Source: Eledone cirrhosa
Taxonomy: Eukaryota
Direction: 5' to 3'
DNA length: 64,000 nucleotides
Assembly: GCA_964016885.1 (NCBI GenBank)
Contig: OZ024751.1
Coordinates: 53,134,001-53,198,000 of the forward strand
Part shown: positions 1 through 12,599 of the stretch, piece by piece
Layout of the letters: each line of letters opens with the position of its first letter
Numbering within the stretch: the first letter of the stretch is position 1
Notes under the pieces: generated by a model
Database searches by the model: none
Seen by the model: the letters and a program-made list of their open reading frames with translations, nothing else
Told to the model about the DNA's origin: nothing
Program-made: the position numbers and the translations under genes

Positions 1-832
1 GATACGTGCATATATATATGTGTGCCTGTATGTATATATATATATATATATATATATACATGCTACTGTACGTCTGTATACATATATGTATGTACATATA
101 CATACATACTTACATTTAAGTAAGTGCCGTACTAAGAGTGAGAAATGAAATTTCGTTTCATTCTATTCCATTTATATATATATATACACACACACATATA
201 TGTATATACATATACATATATATATATTTATTCACTATACATACACACACACACACACACATATACATATACACATATATCTTTATTAGCACAACATTTA
301 TTCACCAGGTAGTGCTACTAACATAAGTATATCCTCATTCCTCTGGAACCAATGACCAATCATGATCCTTGTAGGACTGGCTGTTTCTCACAGTATATCT
401 TTATTTATTTAGTTCAGATATGAAATAAGAAAATATACATTTGTACAGAATATTCTAAACAGATGTCCTTTTAATTTGTTGTTATATTGTTGTTGTGTAT
501 TTATCTTTTTTGTTATCTTATATTTATCTATCCCTAAATACCTGGATAGTCACGATTTCAGCTGTTTTCATTGCATGTGTTTGTTTTGTTAATTGGGATG
601 TGTGTGTCTGTGTGTATATGTGTCTGTGTCTCTGTGTGCATGCATGTCTGTTTGTGTCTCTGTCTGTGTATGTGTGTCTGCATGTGTGTGTTATATTTTC
701 TAACAAAGAAAAAGAAAATATTTCCTTCTCCTTGATCAGCAGCAACAGGTAAGTTAGTAAATAGGTAATGTCAAGAAATAAGGACACTACTACTACTACT
801 ACTACTACTACCCCACCACCACTACCACCTTG

Positions 833-953
833 TTAGGGATCAGGCCCCTTTTCTTCAGCTTTGCTAGGGATCAGACCCCTTTTATTCAGCCTTGATAGGG
901 ATCAGACCCCTTTTATTCAGCCTTGATAGGGATCCGTCCCCTTTTCTTCAGCT
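833..953. repeat. ~31-bp minisatellite, about 4 copies
   Basis: Repeated tagggatcag(a/g)cccctttt(a/c)ttcagc unit. Confidence 0.8.
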
Positions 954-1752
954 CTGCAACTCAATCACACATACTCCTGATGAATATCAAATGTTTCAAC
1001 TTACCATTCTTTCCAGTATTAACATGTTGCACATTTTACATGCTAAGTCCATAGTCTATTTATTTCTAGTCTTTATCTGTTTTTTTAAATTTCCCTGTCC
1101 ATTCTTTTGGTGTGTTATCATCTCACATGCATTTAATCAACAGAAAAGTTTTCCAATCTGTTGTGCAAACAGTCATTACAAGTGAAATACCACCTTAATG
1201 TGCAAAATTGCACACAACCAAGGTGACTGTTGAAGTAAAGATGTAGCTCCCTGTTCATCTTATGTAGCTCTATTTTCTGCTGATACTATATAATAATGCA
1301 CATGTGTATATATGTATACCGTTTTTTTTTTTTTTTTTTTTTTTTAATTATAATCAATGTGCTGTATTAACTGACTTACCAATGCACACTGTGAATTTAT
1401 TTGCCCTAGGTGTCAGGAAGACACTTGGCACATATCTCAGAAACAATAATGAAAGAAAATAACAATAATAATAAAAATAATGAAATTATTGTGTACAGTG
1501 CTCAGGTGCACTACAACTCATCAAAGGTGCTTGTATAGTACATACAATAATGTACAAATGTTAGGAAAGTGAACAGTGTATGAGTCATGATATACATGTG
1601 TGCGTCTGTATGGAGGTGGGTATATCAGGAGTTGACGAATTTCAGGAAGCATGGAGGTTTTAAAGGATATATGTATATCTATATATCTCTCTTTATATAT
1701 ATACACACACATATTTATCTATTTCTTTTCTCTTTGTTTTATTTATTTCCAG

Positions 1753-1842
1753 ATGTTGGATTCAAGGTTGGTGGCACATCCAATGTGCAATACCTTGTAA
1801 TGCAGATTCACTATAAGAACGTGGAGAAATTTATCCCACCCA
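1753..1842 (+). CDS. Phm: PHM exon (DVGFKVGGTSNVQYLVMQIHYKNVEKFIPP)
   Basis: Polypyrimidine tract and ttccag acceptor, gttagt donor; matches the PHM VGFxVGG..LQxHY motif. Confidence 0.93.
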
Positions 1843-4800
1843 GTTAGTATATTTCTTTCTTGATTATTCATTTATTTATTTACCTATTTTTTAACTCTTT
1901 TGCTACAAAACTGCCTGCAACCACCCTTGTTTCTATGATGAAAAACAGTTTATTTTAAAGTGTTTATATTTATCTAAAAACCTTCCATTATAATTTTATG
2001 TAAAAATCTTTGTTATGTTCCAAACACCAGGTAATTATTAAGAAAGCCAGGCTTTTACTAAATTCCTCTAAATTCTTGTTTATTTTCTCTTTCTTGTAGA
2101 GAATCAAACTGATTCCTCAGGTCTGACACTCACTGTCACAGATGGGCCGTAAGTAGTTGTTAAATAATATCTCCCTTCCTACATACACCCTCCCTTTCAT
2201 CCTCCCTTCCTACATACAAACTCCCTTTCATTCTCCCTTCCCACATACAACTCCCTTTTATCCTCACTTCCCACATACAAACTCCCTTTTATTTCCATGG
2301 AGGCACATGGCTTAGTGGTTAGAGCATTGGCCTTGCAATCAAAAGATTGTGAGTTCAATTCTCTGACCGGGTGATGTGTTGTTTCCTTGAGCAAGACACT
2401 TTATTTCACATTGCTCCAGTTCACTCAGCTGTAGAAATGAGATGATAGGGACTGGGGTCCATATCATTCCACTGCAAAGTGGTCGTGGAGGTGCCACAGC
2501 AAAAAAAGCACCCAGCACTCACTGTAAATGAGGTTGGTGTTAGGAAGGGCATCCAGCTGTAGAAATCAAGCCAGAATCAGTTCCCGTCCCACCCTTGCAA
2601 CCAGGGAAAAGCGGACGTAAAATGAAATGAAACTATTTTAAACTTAACATTTTTCAAGCAATATTTTTACTCAATATTTTTCAAGCAATTTATTTTTCGT
2701 CATATCTTTGTCTTTGTCTTAGTAAGGTGGAGATTTGGTAGCATTGCTAGGGTGTTGGATTAAAAATGCCTCTGCATTTATTCCAGCTTACTGTGATCTG
2801 AGTTCAGATCCTGCCGATGTTAACTTTGCCTTTCATCATTTTGAGGTCGATAAATAAAGTGCCAGTCCAGTCCAGTACTGGGGTCCATTCTTCAACTCTC
2901 TCTTTCTCTAGAAGAAATTGGCTATGTTCCATCCGGAGAGGGATTGAAATCCCAAAAGTTGTTCTCTGTGGGTGGGGAAACCTCCCCACACCTGGTTAGA
3001 AATTACAGTCATTCATACACTAACTGAAATGAAGATGGAATGGCATATCATCTGGAAACACCACCCATTGTAGATCTGCCTGTTTAGCTTTGGTTAGGGA
3101 TGACCTAGGGTTAAATAACCACATTTGAGGAAGTATTGAGATGAACCTAGTTTCTCATTAGAAATAGAACATATGGCATTAGCGAAGATAATTTCTTATC
3201 AACAACAACAATCATAACAACTACAATCGCAATAGCAATAACAACAATAATCACAACTACTATTATTACAACAACAACAATCACAACTACCACTACCATA
3301 ATCATGACTACTAGAACAACAACAATATTAGTGAGATAATATGTTGTTGTTGTTAAGACATACACTTCACATGAATGAAATCAGCTTGCTTTTATCTTTT
3401 CAGAATTAAAAGGAGGGCTGGAGTGTACCTGTTAGGAACAGGTGGTGTGATTCCTAGGCGTTCTGTAGGTGAGTTGGATACAGTATGGCTGAATGGTTAA
3501 GAAGTTCACTTTACAAACATTAGGTCCAGGGTTCAATTCCACTTTGTGGCTTTGTAGCATCCTGGGCAAGTGTATACATATATAAATGAGAAAACTCATT
3601 ACTAAAACAGCTAAATGCTGTCAAAGACAGCAATGGGCAAAAATATCTGAGAACAGAAACCAGCAGCCAGTGGTCAACAGAGAGACAATCCACAAAGTGG
3701 ATGACAGATAGATGAAATATAGAAAATATTGAAAGAGGAGGAGGACAAAAATAAATTATTTGTTTTAAGGTATTTATATTTTATCGAAAATCTTTCCATT
3801 ATGAAAGAATACCAAAAATACCAGCTAAATAAGGAGAGGGTTAGTTATTTTACTATATCCCTACACATTCTTGCTTATTTTTAAAATTGTTTAAAAATCT
3901 CTAGGCAATATATCTTTCATTAGAAATATGGTAGGAAGAGCTAAACAGAACTGAAAGATTTCTACCCCAACTTATCTCCCTTTTTTCTGTTTCTTTTTCT
4001 TGTAGTATATCTCGAAACAGCCTGTCTCTATAATGAGAAGATAATTCTTCACCCATTCAGTTATCGAACACACACTCACACACATGGTAAGTTGGACAAC
4101 ATTTGAAATAATAATTTCTTAGTTGAGCCTCCTTGGTCATCATTACAGGTTAAGTTGGAGTAAGTGATGTATGTATTTCATTTGGAAACTGGTGTTTGTT
4201 TAATAGTGCAATGGTAATATTTGAGAAATAGTGGCAACTAGGAATTAAAATTGAGTACATATATATGAAAGCTTTGCTTTAGGCAGTGAATTGGCAGAGT
4301 CGTTAGAGAAGAGATTGTTATTCATTCCAGTATTGTGTACATTGAGTTCAAATCTTGTCAGGGACAGGATTTTATTCTTTTACAGTCAATAAATAAAGAA
4401 CCAGTCCATGATTGGTGAATTAACAGAAAAGTTAAAGGATCACTTGAAATGCTTTGCAATATCTGATTCAGTTCTGTGTATTTTGAGTTCAAATCCCACC
4501 TTTTTCAGCCATAGAAACTATGCTACCAGTACACACAGTAAAGTGGTTGGCTTTAGGAAGGGCATCCAGCCATAGAATGCAAGCCAAAGGTGTAACATAT
4601 GAGCAAACTGTGGTCACCTGATTAGTATAGCCTCAGTATGAGACAACCTGTCCAACTCATGCAAGCATAGAAAATAGATGTTAAACAGTGGTGATGAAGA
4701 TGATATATTTGTATAATCTATATTATAATAAGAGCGGTGTCTGTCTGACCATCCGTCTGTCATGCTCACTTTATATATATAGAGAGGGGGAGTGCCAAGT

Positions 4801-7800
4801 GAGAGGTATGTACATAGATAGAGAGAGAGAAAAGGGAATGCTGTGTGTTTTCAAGGTGACAGAAAGAGAGAGATAGACAGAAAGTTATGACGTTGCCCTC
4901 AAATATATATATATAGAGGTGGGGAGCACCAAGCAAAAGAGATATGCATAAATAGAGAGAGAAAAGGAAAGCCATTTGTTCAGAGAGAGAGGGGGGGGGT
5001 GACAGAAAGAGGGAGAAGATGTCACTCATCTACTATATATGATTTACAAAGGAAACAACAATATGAGTGTCATAGCTTGTTTTAACATTCCTTGTAGTAG
5101 TGTGTAACTGAGTGTGCCCATTTTCTATGTTTGTTTGTTCCCCCACCCCACTAATTGTTATAATTGAATAAATAAATTACTGGTGAAATAATAAGTCATG
5201 TGTGAAAATGTCACATCTTTAATATTATTGATCTGTTTCTTGGAAGTTTGTTTCAAACATTTGTCTATAATAATCTATAATCTTGAACGGAAGTTTTGTC
5301 TTTTACCAATTCTAAACAGGTAGAGTTGTATCTGGCTACCTAATTCACAATGGAAAGTGGCATGAACTTGGACGGAAAAATCCTCAACTACCGCAGGTAT
5401 AAGACATATAATAATATAATGTTAATCCATCATTACTAAAGATGAGCTTGACCTTATACATGTAAGACGAAAAGAAGGGTGATGAAAATATTTATCGGTG
5501 TATGCGAAGATGGTTTGTTAAGCTAACCTTTGCTTTGAATAGCCTAGGGTAATGAAGATAGGAAATGTTGGGTTTTGGGCCTATGTGAAGGTTTGAAATT
5601 GCAGCTTTTTTTTCCCCCTTTTTCCTCTTCTGTTGTACTATAATCCCTGATTTGTAGCTGTTGACCCTGGAACAAATAAAAGACATCCATAGGGATCTAT
5701 TCTGAGCTACAAGTTTCCATGCATCATGCTGGATTTCACAGCTTTTGAGACATTCTCACACAAGAGCTACTTTCCCTCGATCAAAAACAATTTTTTTTTT
5801 TTTTTAGGAAAAAAACACAAACTTTTTTAAAGTGATTCAGCACTGGAAGTAAACTAGACCCCTATTTTTTGCAAAGGCTGAAGATGGAGAAGTACAAACT
5901 ATATCTATAGACATTGATTATATGAATCTTCACCTAACATTCTTCAAAATAATTTGATGTATAACTCTCTTGAAACATGTGTAAGGAATTAAAAATGATT
6001 TTAAAGCTAATTTTTCCATCTATATATTTGATTATATATATATATAGTTTCTTCAGTCACTATTTCAGTTCTGGCAGTAATTCTGCATTTTTCTATCTTG
6101 CAGATGTTTTACAATACAACAACTCCTGGGATGCTGATTAAGAGGGGAGACATCCTTGTAAGTAGCGTAATCATACGTACATATACATATATAGTCATAT
6201 ATACATCCCCCCCCTCTCTCTCTTTCCAACCTCCTCTCTCTCCAAACATTGCTCTTTCCTGATGAAAGACTTATGTCCGATATGTTAAGACATTTAATTA
6301 TTTATTATATTTTGTGCTTTTGCATCTTTGTGTTAGTTTCGTTTATTCTTGAACTATATATGTCATCATAATCATTGTTTTAACATCCACTTTTCCTGCT
6401 AGCAAGGGTTGGATGGGTCCATACAAACTAAGTCAGTACTGAAACAGCCACTGATCTCTCAGGCTGGCCAGAGAGCTGTGTCTTGCTTATGTATGGTCTC
6501 ACATTCCACCGAGTGCTCAGGAGAGGTTGTCAGGCCTTTGACACAACTCAGTCCTCCCAACCCTTTGTTTGGCAAGATTTCTATGGAACCACATATCAGG
6601 CTTTTTCTATTTCCTTTAACATGGACTGCATTGTTAGAAATATTTGAACCAAATATCATAAAACAGAGACCACATTGTTAGAAATATTTGAACCAAATAT
6701 CATAAAACAGGGACCACATTGTTAGAAATATTTGAACCAAATATCATAAAACAGGGACCACATTGTTAGAAATATTTGAACCACATATCAGCCTCTTTCT
6801 ATCATCTGTTGAAAACATCTATCTATTTATGACTACAATATTTTTCGAACTGATGATACATGAGATATAACATGTTGTTTTAAAAGAGATATTGTTTCAT
6901 TACATCTTAAAATAATATATACAGCTCATTATTAAAATATCAATCTTCCAGGCTGCTCGTTGTACCATGCTAAATCAAGATGGTTATGATGTCTACATTG
7001 GGTAAATATTGATCTTTTTTATTTCATTAAATCTGATTTCTTCTGCTGCTGTTTACTTAATCCAGAAGTACAGACATAAATCATTCTGGCGTATTGGTGA
7101 TGTACTCTTTAATGTACTACTATATACAAATGTCCTAAAACCAAACTATATATACTTTAGTGATATGTTAGTAATGTAGTACTATATACAGACATCCTTC
7201 TACTACCAAAACTAATATGTATCTTCATTGTACTGTATCATTACCTGTATTCTTTTTCATTTACCCCCCACAGACACTATATATATATGTATCCGGCCTT
7301 TTGTTTGGAGGAAGAAACCCTTCGTTGTCAATAGGGGAAGCAGCTCCCTAAACTTCTTCCATCCCGTCCTTATTCTAGATACTATGGCCTCAGAACCCCC
7401 CCCCCCACCTTACTAATCTGATCACCTAGGTACCGGATGCTATCAACCACTTCTATAGATCCTACGATATATATATACTCTTTTACTTGTTCCAGCCATC
7501 CGGCTGAGGCCATGCTGGGGCACCGCCCCACATATATATATATATAGGCACCTCTTAACCAAATATACACCCCAATCCACTACCCCTACCCTATCCTCCC
7601 ACTCCCACAACACCACCCTCTCTCTGTAAAGTTGGTGCCACAACATCCAGTCCAAATAAATGAGATCGAGATCGTGTAGGTGTCACGACAAAAAAACACA
7701 CAGTCCACGCTGTAATGTGGCCATGTAGGTAACACGGTAAAAAGTTCCCAGTTCCACACTGTAATTGTGGCTGGTCTTAGGAAGGGCATCCAGCCATAGA

Positions 7801-8748
7801 AAACCTGCCAGATAGTCCTATATGAGCGAGACACGGTCACCTGACCAACCTTGCCTCAAGTGGGACAACTCCCGTCTAACCCATGCTAGCATGGAAAATG
7901 GACGTTAAACGATGATGATGAGGATGATGATTATATATATATATATGTGGCAAATTGGCAGTCGTTAGAACGTCGGATAGAATGTCAGTCGTTAGAACAT
8001 CGGATAGAATGCTTTATGGTATTTGTTCCAGCTCTCTGCTCTCTGAGTTCAAATCCCGTCGAGGTCAGCTTTGCCTTTCATTCTTTCGAGGTCGATAAAA
8101 AAGTACCAGGGGGCAATTCTTCCTCTATATCCCTTTCTATCTTTCTCTGGAAGAAATCTGCTGTACTCAGGCCTGGAGAGGGATGGGCTCCGCAAGGTTT
8201 ATATAGGTTTACTATACCATATAAATATATATATATAATGAAATGCTAAAAAAAACAATTATATTTACATTAATTTCAAAGTTATTTAATTTATTCGCTT
8301 TTTTATTTCTATCTTCCTTATTTTTGTTTTAATTTCTCCTATTAAAATTACCAGCCCAACCCAGAAGCACGAGATGTGTAATTTCTATGTTATGTACTAC
8401 GTTGATGGTGATAGGATTCCGGAAGATAATTACTGCATATCGCAAGGGCCACTACGCTGGTCTTGGAGAAATTTCTACTTCCAGCGCCGACTCAAGATGT
8501 CCAATTCCCCAAACACGATAAGTGTGGAACCAGATTCTAAGAAGTACTACCCTCAGTCGATTTTACAGAATGAAGTGGCTCAAAATGCAGAAGATGGAGA
8601 GGTGGTGGATAGAGGTGAGAGAGATGATGATGGAATGCAAAATGACGAAATCAGCAACTTGTTAAATATCTTACGTGAGGCAGAAAACAAAGAAGAGATG
8701 GAAGAAGAGAACCAAAGAATTCAAAGATACCTGGGATCTAATTACTAA
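1753..8748 (+). CDS. Phm: Peptidylglycine alpha-hydroxylating monooxygenase (PHM), 3' part of a spliced gene (8 exons; 5' exons lie upstream of the window)
   Basis: Manually spliced exons 1753-1842, 2100-2148, 3404-3468, 4006-4086, 5320-5396, 6104-6157, 6952-7001 and 8355-8748. All introns are GT-AG and phase-compatible. Protein reads DVGFKVGG..YLVMQIHY..TDSSGLTL..AGVYLLGTGG..HPFSYRTHTH..GRVVSGY..GRKNPQLPQMFY..GDILAARC..HEMCNFYVMYY, with the CuH His (QIHY) and CuM ligands (HTH, EMC) of PHM. Confidence 0.95.
2100..2148 (+). CDS. Phm: PHM exon (KNQTDSSGLTLTVTDGP)
   Basis: ttgtag acceptor, gtaagt donor, phase 1/2 consistent; DxSG motif. Confidence 0.9.
2299..2450 (+). mobile_element. tRNA-derived SINE
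   Basis: A box (tggcttagtggttagagc) and B box (gagttcaattc), followed by a ccttgagcaagacactttatttcacattgctccagt body. Reverse copies occur near 14650-14720 and 49780-49985. Confidence 0.75.
3404..3468 (+). CDS. Phm: PHM exon (IKRRAGVYLLGTGGVIPRRSV)
   Basis: tttcag acceptor, gtgagt donor; AGV.LL.T.G.IP motif. Confidence 0.9.
4006..4086 (+). CDS. Phm: PHM exon (VYLETACLYNEKIILHPFSYRTHTHTHG; CuM HxH)
   Basis: ttgtag acceptor, gtaagt donor; HPFxYRTHTH motif. Confidence 0.95.
5320..5396 (+). CDS. Phm: PHM exon (RVVSGYLIHNGKWHELGRKNPQLPQ)
   Basis: aaacag acceptor, gtataa donor; VVSGY..G.W..G...PQLPQ motif. Confidence 0.93.
6104..6157 (+). CDS. Phm: PHM exon (MFYNTTTPGMLIKRGDIL)
   Basis: ttgcag acceptor, gtaagt donor, phase 0/0. 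Confidence 0.92.
6629..6790. repeat. 44-bp tandem repeat, about 3.6 copies, in a PHM intron
   Basis: Unit cattgttagaaatatttgaaccaaatatcataaaacag(a/g)gacca starts at 6629, 6673, 6717 and 6761. Confidence 0.9.
6952..7001 (+). CDS. Phm: PHM exon (AARCTMLNQDGYDVYIG)
   Basis: ttccag acceptor, gtaaat donor; AARC motif. Confidence 0.92.
7290..7930. mobile_element. RTE-clade LINE remnants (minus-strand RT fragment plus plus-strand 3' UTR with (GAT)n tail)
   Basis: 7300-7465 resembles 23250-23390 (IEVVDS..YLGD). 7545-7930 is the reverse complement of the RTE 3' UTR at 22430-22790. Confidence 0.75.
7947..8110 (+). mobile_element. tRNA-derived SINE with Deu/Nin-type central domain
   Basis: gagttcaaatccc..gaggtcagctttgcctttcat..gggtcgataaaa..gtaccag motif, shared with copies near 2727, 28690, 48050 (-), 57030 (-) and 59949. 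Confidence 0.7.
8355..8748 (+). CDS. Phm: PHM terminal coding exon (PTQKHEMCNFYVMYY...acidic tail...LGSNY*)
   Basis: taccag acceptor; EMCNFY carries the CuM methionine; open to TAA at 8746-8748. Confidence 0.93.
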
Positions 8749-9049
8749 ATTAGTTAATTAACTACACTGGAATAGACAAAAAGAAAACATACACATACAC
8801 TCATATTCAAGTACACACAAATAAAAATACACATACATTCAAACATACAAATACCTATGAAACTAAGACTCACTCAAACATGTTATGGTTGTGTCGTACT
8901 ACTACAGAACTTTTTTGTTAAAAAAGACAAAGAAAAACTTTAAATTAACAGAATGGGGTAAAATGTCTGCCACATTTCTTAAATATATATATATGTATAT
9001 AAATAGGGAGACACAAAGCAGGTTTTGTTTAGAACGGCTAGCGAATTTG

Positions 9050-9383
9050 AAAATTAGGTAGTAACATGTGCTCATGCTATATTTGACAAAATAGAATTAG
9101 TCTGTTAGTTGGGATTTAAAAAAAAACCATGTGAATGGAAACAAGGATGAGTATTGACGTACATGGGACACGAACCCACATCTGTGGTTTGCTGGACCAA
9201 TGTGTAACATTGCTGAAACAATGTGTAACACATTGGTTCGGCAAACCAGAGATGTCGGTTCGTGTCCCATGTACGTCAATACTCATCCTTTTTTTTTCCA
9301 TTCAGAGGTTTTTTTTAAAATCCCAACTAAGACTAATTCTATTTAGTCAAATATGGCATAAGCACATGTTACTACCTAATTTT
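9050..9383. mobile_element. Fold-back (palindromic) MITE-like element in the PHM 3' region
   Basis: Arms aaaattaggtagtaacatgtgct... and ...agcacatgttactacctaatttt are near-perfect inverted repeats of about 160 bp each. Confidence 0.85.
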
Positions 9384-9592
9384 ATATATATATACATACA
9401 CACACCTATATATATACATATGTGTGTATGTATATATATATATGAGTGTGTGTGCATACATATGTGCGTGTGTTTGTGTATATATATATATATATATATA
9501 TGTGTGTATGTGTTGTGTTGTGCGTATATATATATTCTTCAAGTAGAGTAGGATATTGCTCTATTGAAAATTCAAATGAATTGTATTAATTG

Positions 9593-9598
9593 AATAAA
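9593..9598 (+). terminator. Candidate distal polyadenylation signal of PHM (a proximal AATAAA is at 8820-8825)
   Basis: AATAAA followed by a U-rich downstream stretch, downstream of the stop codon. Confidence 0.4.
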
Positions 9599-9739
9599 TT
9601 ATATTTCATCTGTTCACGTTTTCACTTTTAATTTAATGAACATTAAATGTATACATCCACACAGCCAAACCCACAAATACATATTCATAAAATATCAGGC
9701 ATTTGTCCTTCAATATTAATTTGGGGGGAGCAGGGTACA

Positions 9740-10935
9740 CTGCATAAAGGCCAGGCGAGAAGCTAGCTGACAAGTATACTTAGCAGAGGATAAAAAATTG
9801 AAGCATGTTTTGCAGTGTGAGGACCAGAAACAGGTGTCCAGGATTGCAAGGCAGTGCGTTAGAGAAATTGTGATACTATTGGTGAGAAGTGTGTCCGAGA
9901 AGAAAGCTGTAAGGATGAGCCATTATGAAAGATTATTGAATGAGGAGAATGCAAGGGAGAAAGAGACCCTATCCTAAGTGGATTCCATAGAGGGCCCAGC
10001 AGTGTAGTTAGTAAGGCTATTAAAGATATGAAGACTGCGAAAGCAGCCAGTCCATTGGGAATAGTTGCTGAAAGCATCTGGGTCAGTAGGTCACACTATA
10101 ACCACACGTATTGTAAACCAAATGATTGGTGCAGCAGCATCATTTTCAACAGCTACAAGAATAAAGGAGATGCACTAGGTTGAGGCATGAAGCTGATGCA
10201 CCAGGTGATGAAAGTAACAGAAAGAGTTATAGCACAGCTGATTAAATGTAGATGAGATGCAGTTCGGATTTGTACCAGGCAAAAGCTCCACAGATACTCT
10301 CTTCCTGGTGAAGCAGTTACACGAAAATTACCTAGGTAAAAGCAAGCTGCTCTACCTGGTATTTGTCGATCTGAAAAAGCTTTCAACAGAGTGTCCCATT
10401 CCATAATCTGGTGGGCTCTTAGAAAACTAGGAGTAGATGAGTGGCTTGTGAAGGCTGTACAAGCCATGTATAGGGGAACAGACAGAAAAGTTAGGATTAA
10501 CAATGACTATAGCGAGGAATTTAGCCTGCTTGCTCTGATTGATATGTAATAGTGATACATAAATGAACTGAGAGAGAAACTGGGCATAAGAGAGATCAGA
10601 TGAAGTGTGCAAGAAAGGAGACTGTGCTGGTTTTGCCATGTGATGTGTATGAAGAGTGACAGTTGTATAAAAAGGTGCAGAGTGATCAAAGTTGACAAGA
10701 CCTGGGATGAGGTGATAAAAGCAGACCTTGCACAATTACACGGCAAAAAACCCAGTCCATAACGTAAAGTGGTCATATAGGTGTCACAATAAAAAATACT
10801 CACTGTAAATAAGGTTGGCACTAGGAAGGGCATCCAGCTGTAGAAACCAAGTCTCCTGACCTGACATTGCTCACAAGAGGATAATTCGCTTAACCCTTGC
10901 CACCGCGGAAACATGAATGTTAAATGATGATGATG
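9740..10935 (+). mobile_element. Degenerate RTE-clade LINE fragment (RT region and 3' tail)
   Basis: Decayed RT motifs (FVDLKKAFNRV..IWWALRKLGVDEWLV; RRL.WF.HV), then the shared RTE 3' tail ending in (GAT)n. Confidence 0.8.
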
Positions 10936-11689
10936 TATGTATATATCTGTGTATATAGCTCTGCATATAATAATAATAGTGAAATTATTGTGTACAGAGC
11001 TCAGGTGTACTACAAAATGAAAAGTTTCAGGGTAAGATTGAGGATTATCCGGGGCGCATACATATATTTATATACATGCACGCGCGCGCACACATATATA
11101 TTTTGTATACACATGTATACAAAATTTTACTTTTTTTTCTCAATTTGATTAGAGTGATCTCCCTTTAATTGGATTCTTTTTTTTTTTAACTGAACCGTTG
11201 ACTTCATTTTGGATATTGTATTCACGTAAAAAGATAAGTAATGTTTTATTTGCCGTGTATATTAGAAACTAAACCTTCTCTCTAAATAAGTTTCACATTT
11301 TGGATAAGAAATATAATTCAAGCTTCTCTCTCTACAGATACATTCTGTAATATCTCTATAAACCTTATTGTGTTTATCTTTATTGAATTGAACCGGTGAC
11401 ATAATTCAATTTACACCTTTACTTTGAAAAAAAATCATGCAAAGAGGTATGTAATGTATATTAGGCTTTTTTTAGATACATTGTAAGCCCTGTCAACACT
11501 TGCAGATATTCTTGAGACACAAAAATACGGTTTACTATCTTTATACTGGAAGAAACCTTTCCTTTTTAGAGACATGCATATAAAGCTATATAAACGGTCT
11601 TCACTAGACACATACCTTCTAAGAAAATAGTTCTATTCATCCTCTCATCTGCCGCAACAAGTAGCTTGCCTCCAGCATCACCTTCCTCC

Positions 11690-12430
11690 CAACCGAGTCC
11701 CACTGTCAGAGTTAATGCTGATCACCTGGTGCAATTGGGCAAGATAAGCTTTTATCACCTCATCCCAGGTCTTTGTGGGTCTCTCCACAAAGGCTTCCAT
11801 CGACTTTTAGTGTTCTGCACCTTTTTATGCAGGCTGTCATCCTTCATACGCATCACATGTTCATACCAACGTAATCTCCTCTCTTGCTTCGCTGTTCGCG
11901 TATATTAATTACTATTACACATCCATCGGAGCATGCAAGCTTCATTTCTTTCTAATCTACGCAAATCTTCTGCACACAACACCCAGGTCTCACAACCATG
12001 CAACATTGCTATTCGTATGCACGCATCAAAGTCTGCCTTTCATTTTGCGGGAAAGTCCTTTTGTAGTTAGCAGTGGTAGTAGCTCCCTGAATTTCTTCCA
12101 TCCCGTTCTTACCCTGGTTACTGTACTTTCAGAACACTTACCTTCGCTGTAAACCTAGGTTGCAGAAGCTGGCTACTGTTTCTACCAAGCCCTCCCAGAA
12201 TTTGGTAGTGCTTGTTACCCGTGGTCGTTTGCTGCTTATTGCCCTGGTGCAACTGCTACATGTAAAGCCTACATTCTTAGCTAAACTCCTTGAGATCCCA
12301 CTACATCTCTTGTGTACCCATAGTTTGCATTTGGGGCAGAACATGGAATTTCTACCTACACCTTTTCTACAGACTGAGCAAGGCCATTTCCCTGAGGGTA
12401 TCTAGGTTGTTTTCTCTTCTACTTACGAGG
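11690..12430 (-). mobile_element. Degenerate RTE-clade LINE fragment
   Basis: CKLWVHKRCSGI..FTCSSC Cys-rich insert, GWKKFRELLPLL and RWYEHVMR motifs; homologous to 22791-23460. Confidence 0.8.
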
Positions 12431-12433
12431 ACC

Positions 12434-12464
<31 letters not shown>

Positions 12465-12599
12465 ACACACATATATAGTATATATACACATATATGTATA
12501 TATATATATGTGTGTGTATATATATATATGTATATAAATACATTTTGAATGCATTTTCTGATGCACTGCCCTAGGATTGACTGCCAGTCTCAAGAACAC

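Noticed and set aside
2299-2372. Possible tRNA gene
   Set aside because: It has A and B boxes but imperfect stems, and runs into a SINE body found elsewhere in the window.
5492-5560. C2H2 zinc-finger-like SLTNHLRIH peptide
   Set aside because: The cysteines are missing and there is no exon context; more likely the decayed 3' end of a LINE in a PHM intron.
6629-6790. CRISPR-like regular repeat
   Set aside because: Head-to-tail tandem units with no unique spacers, in a eukaryotic intron.
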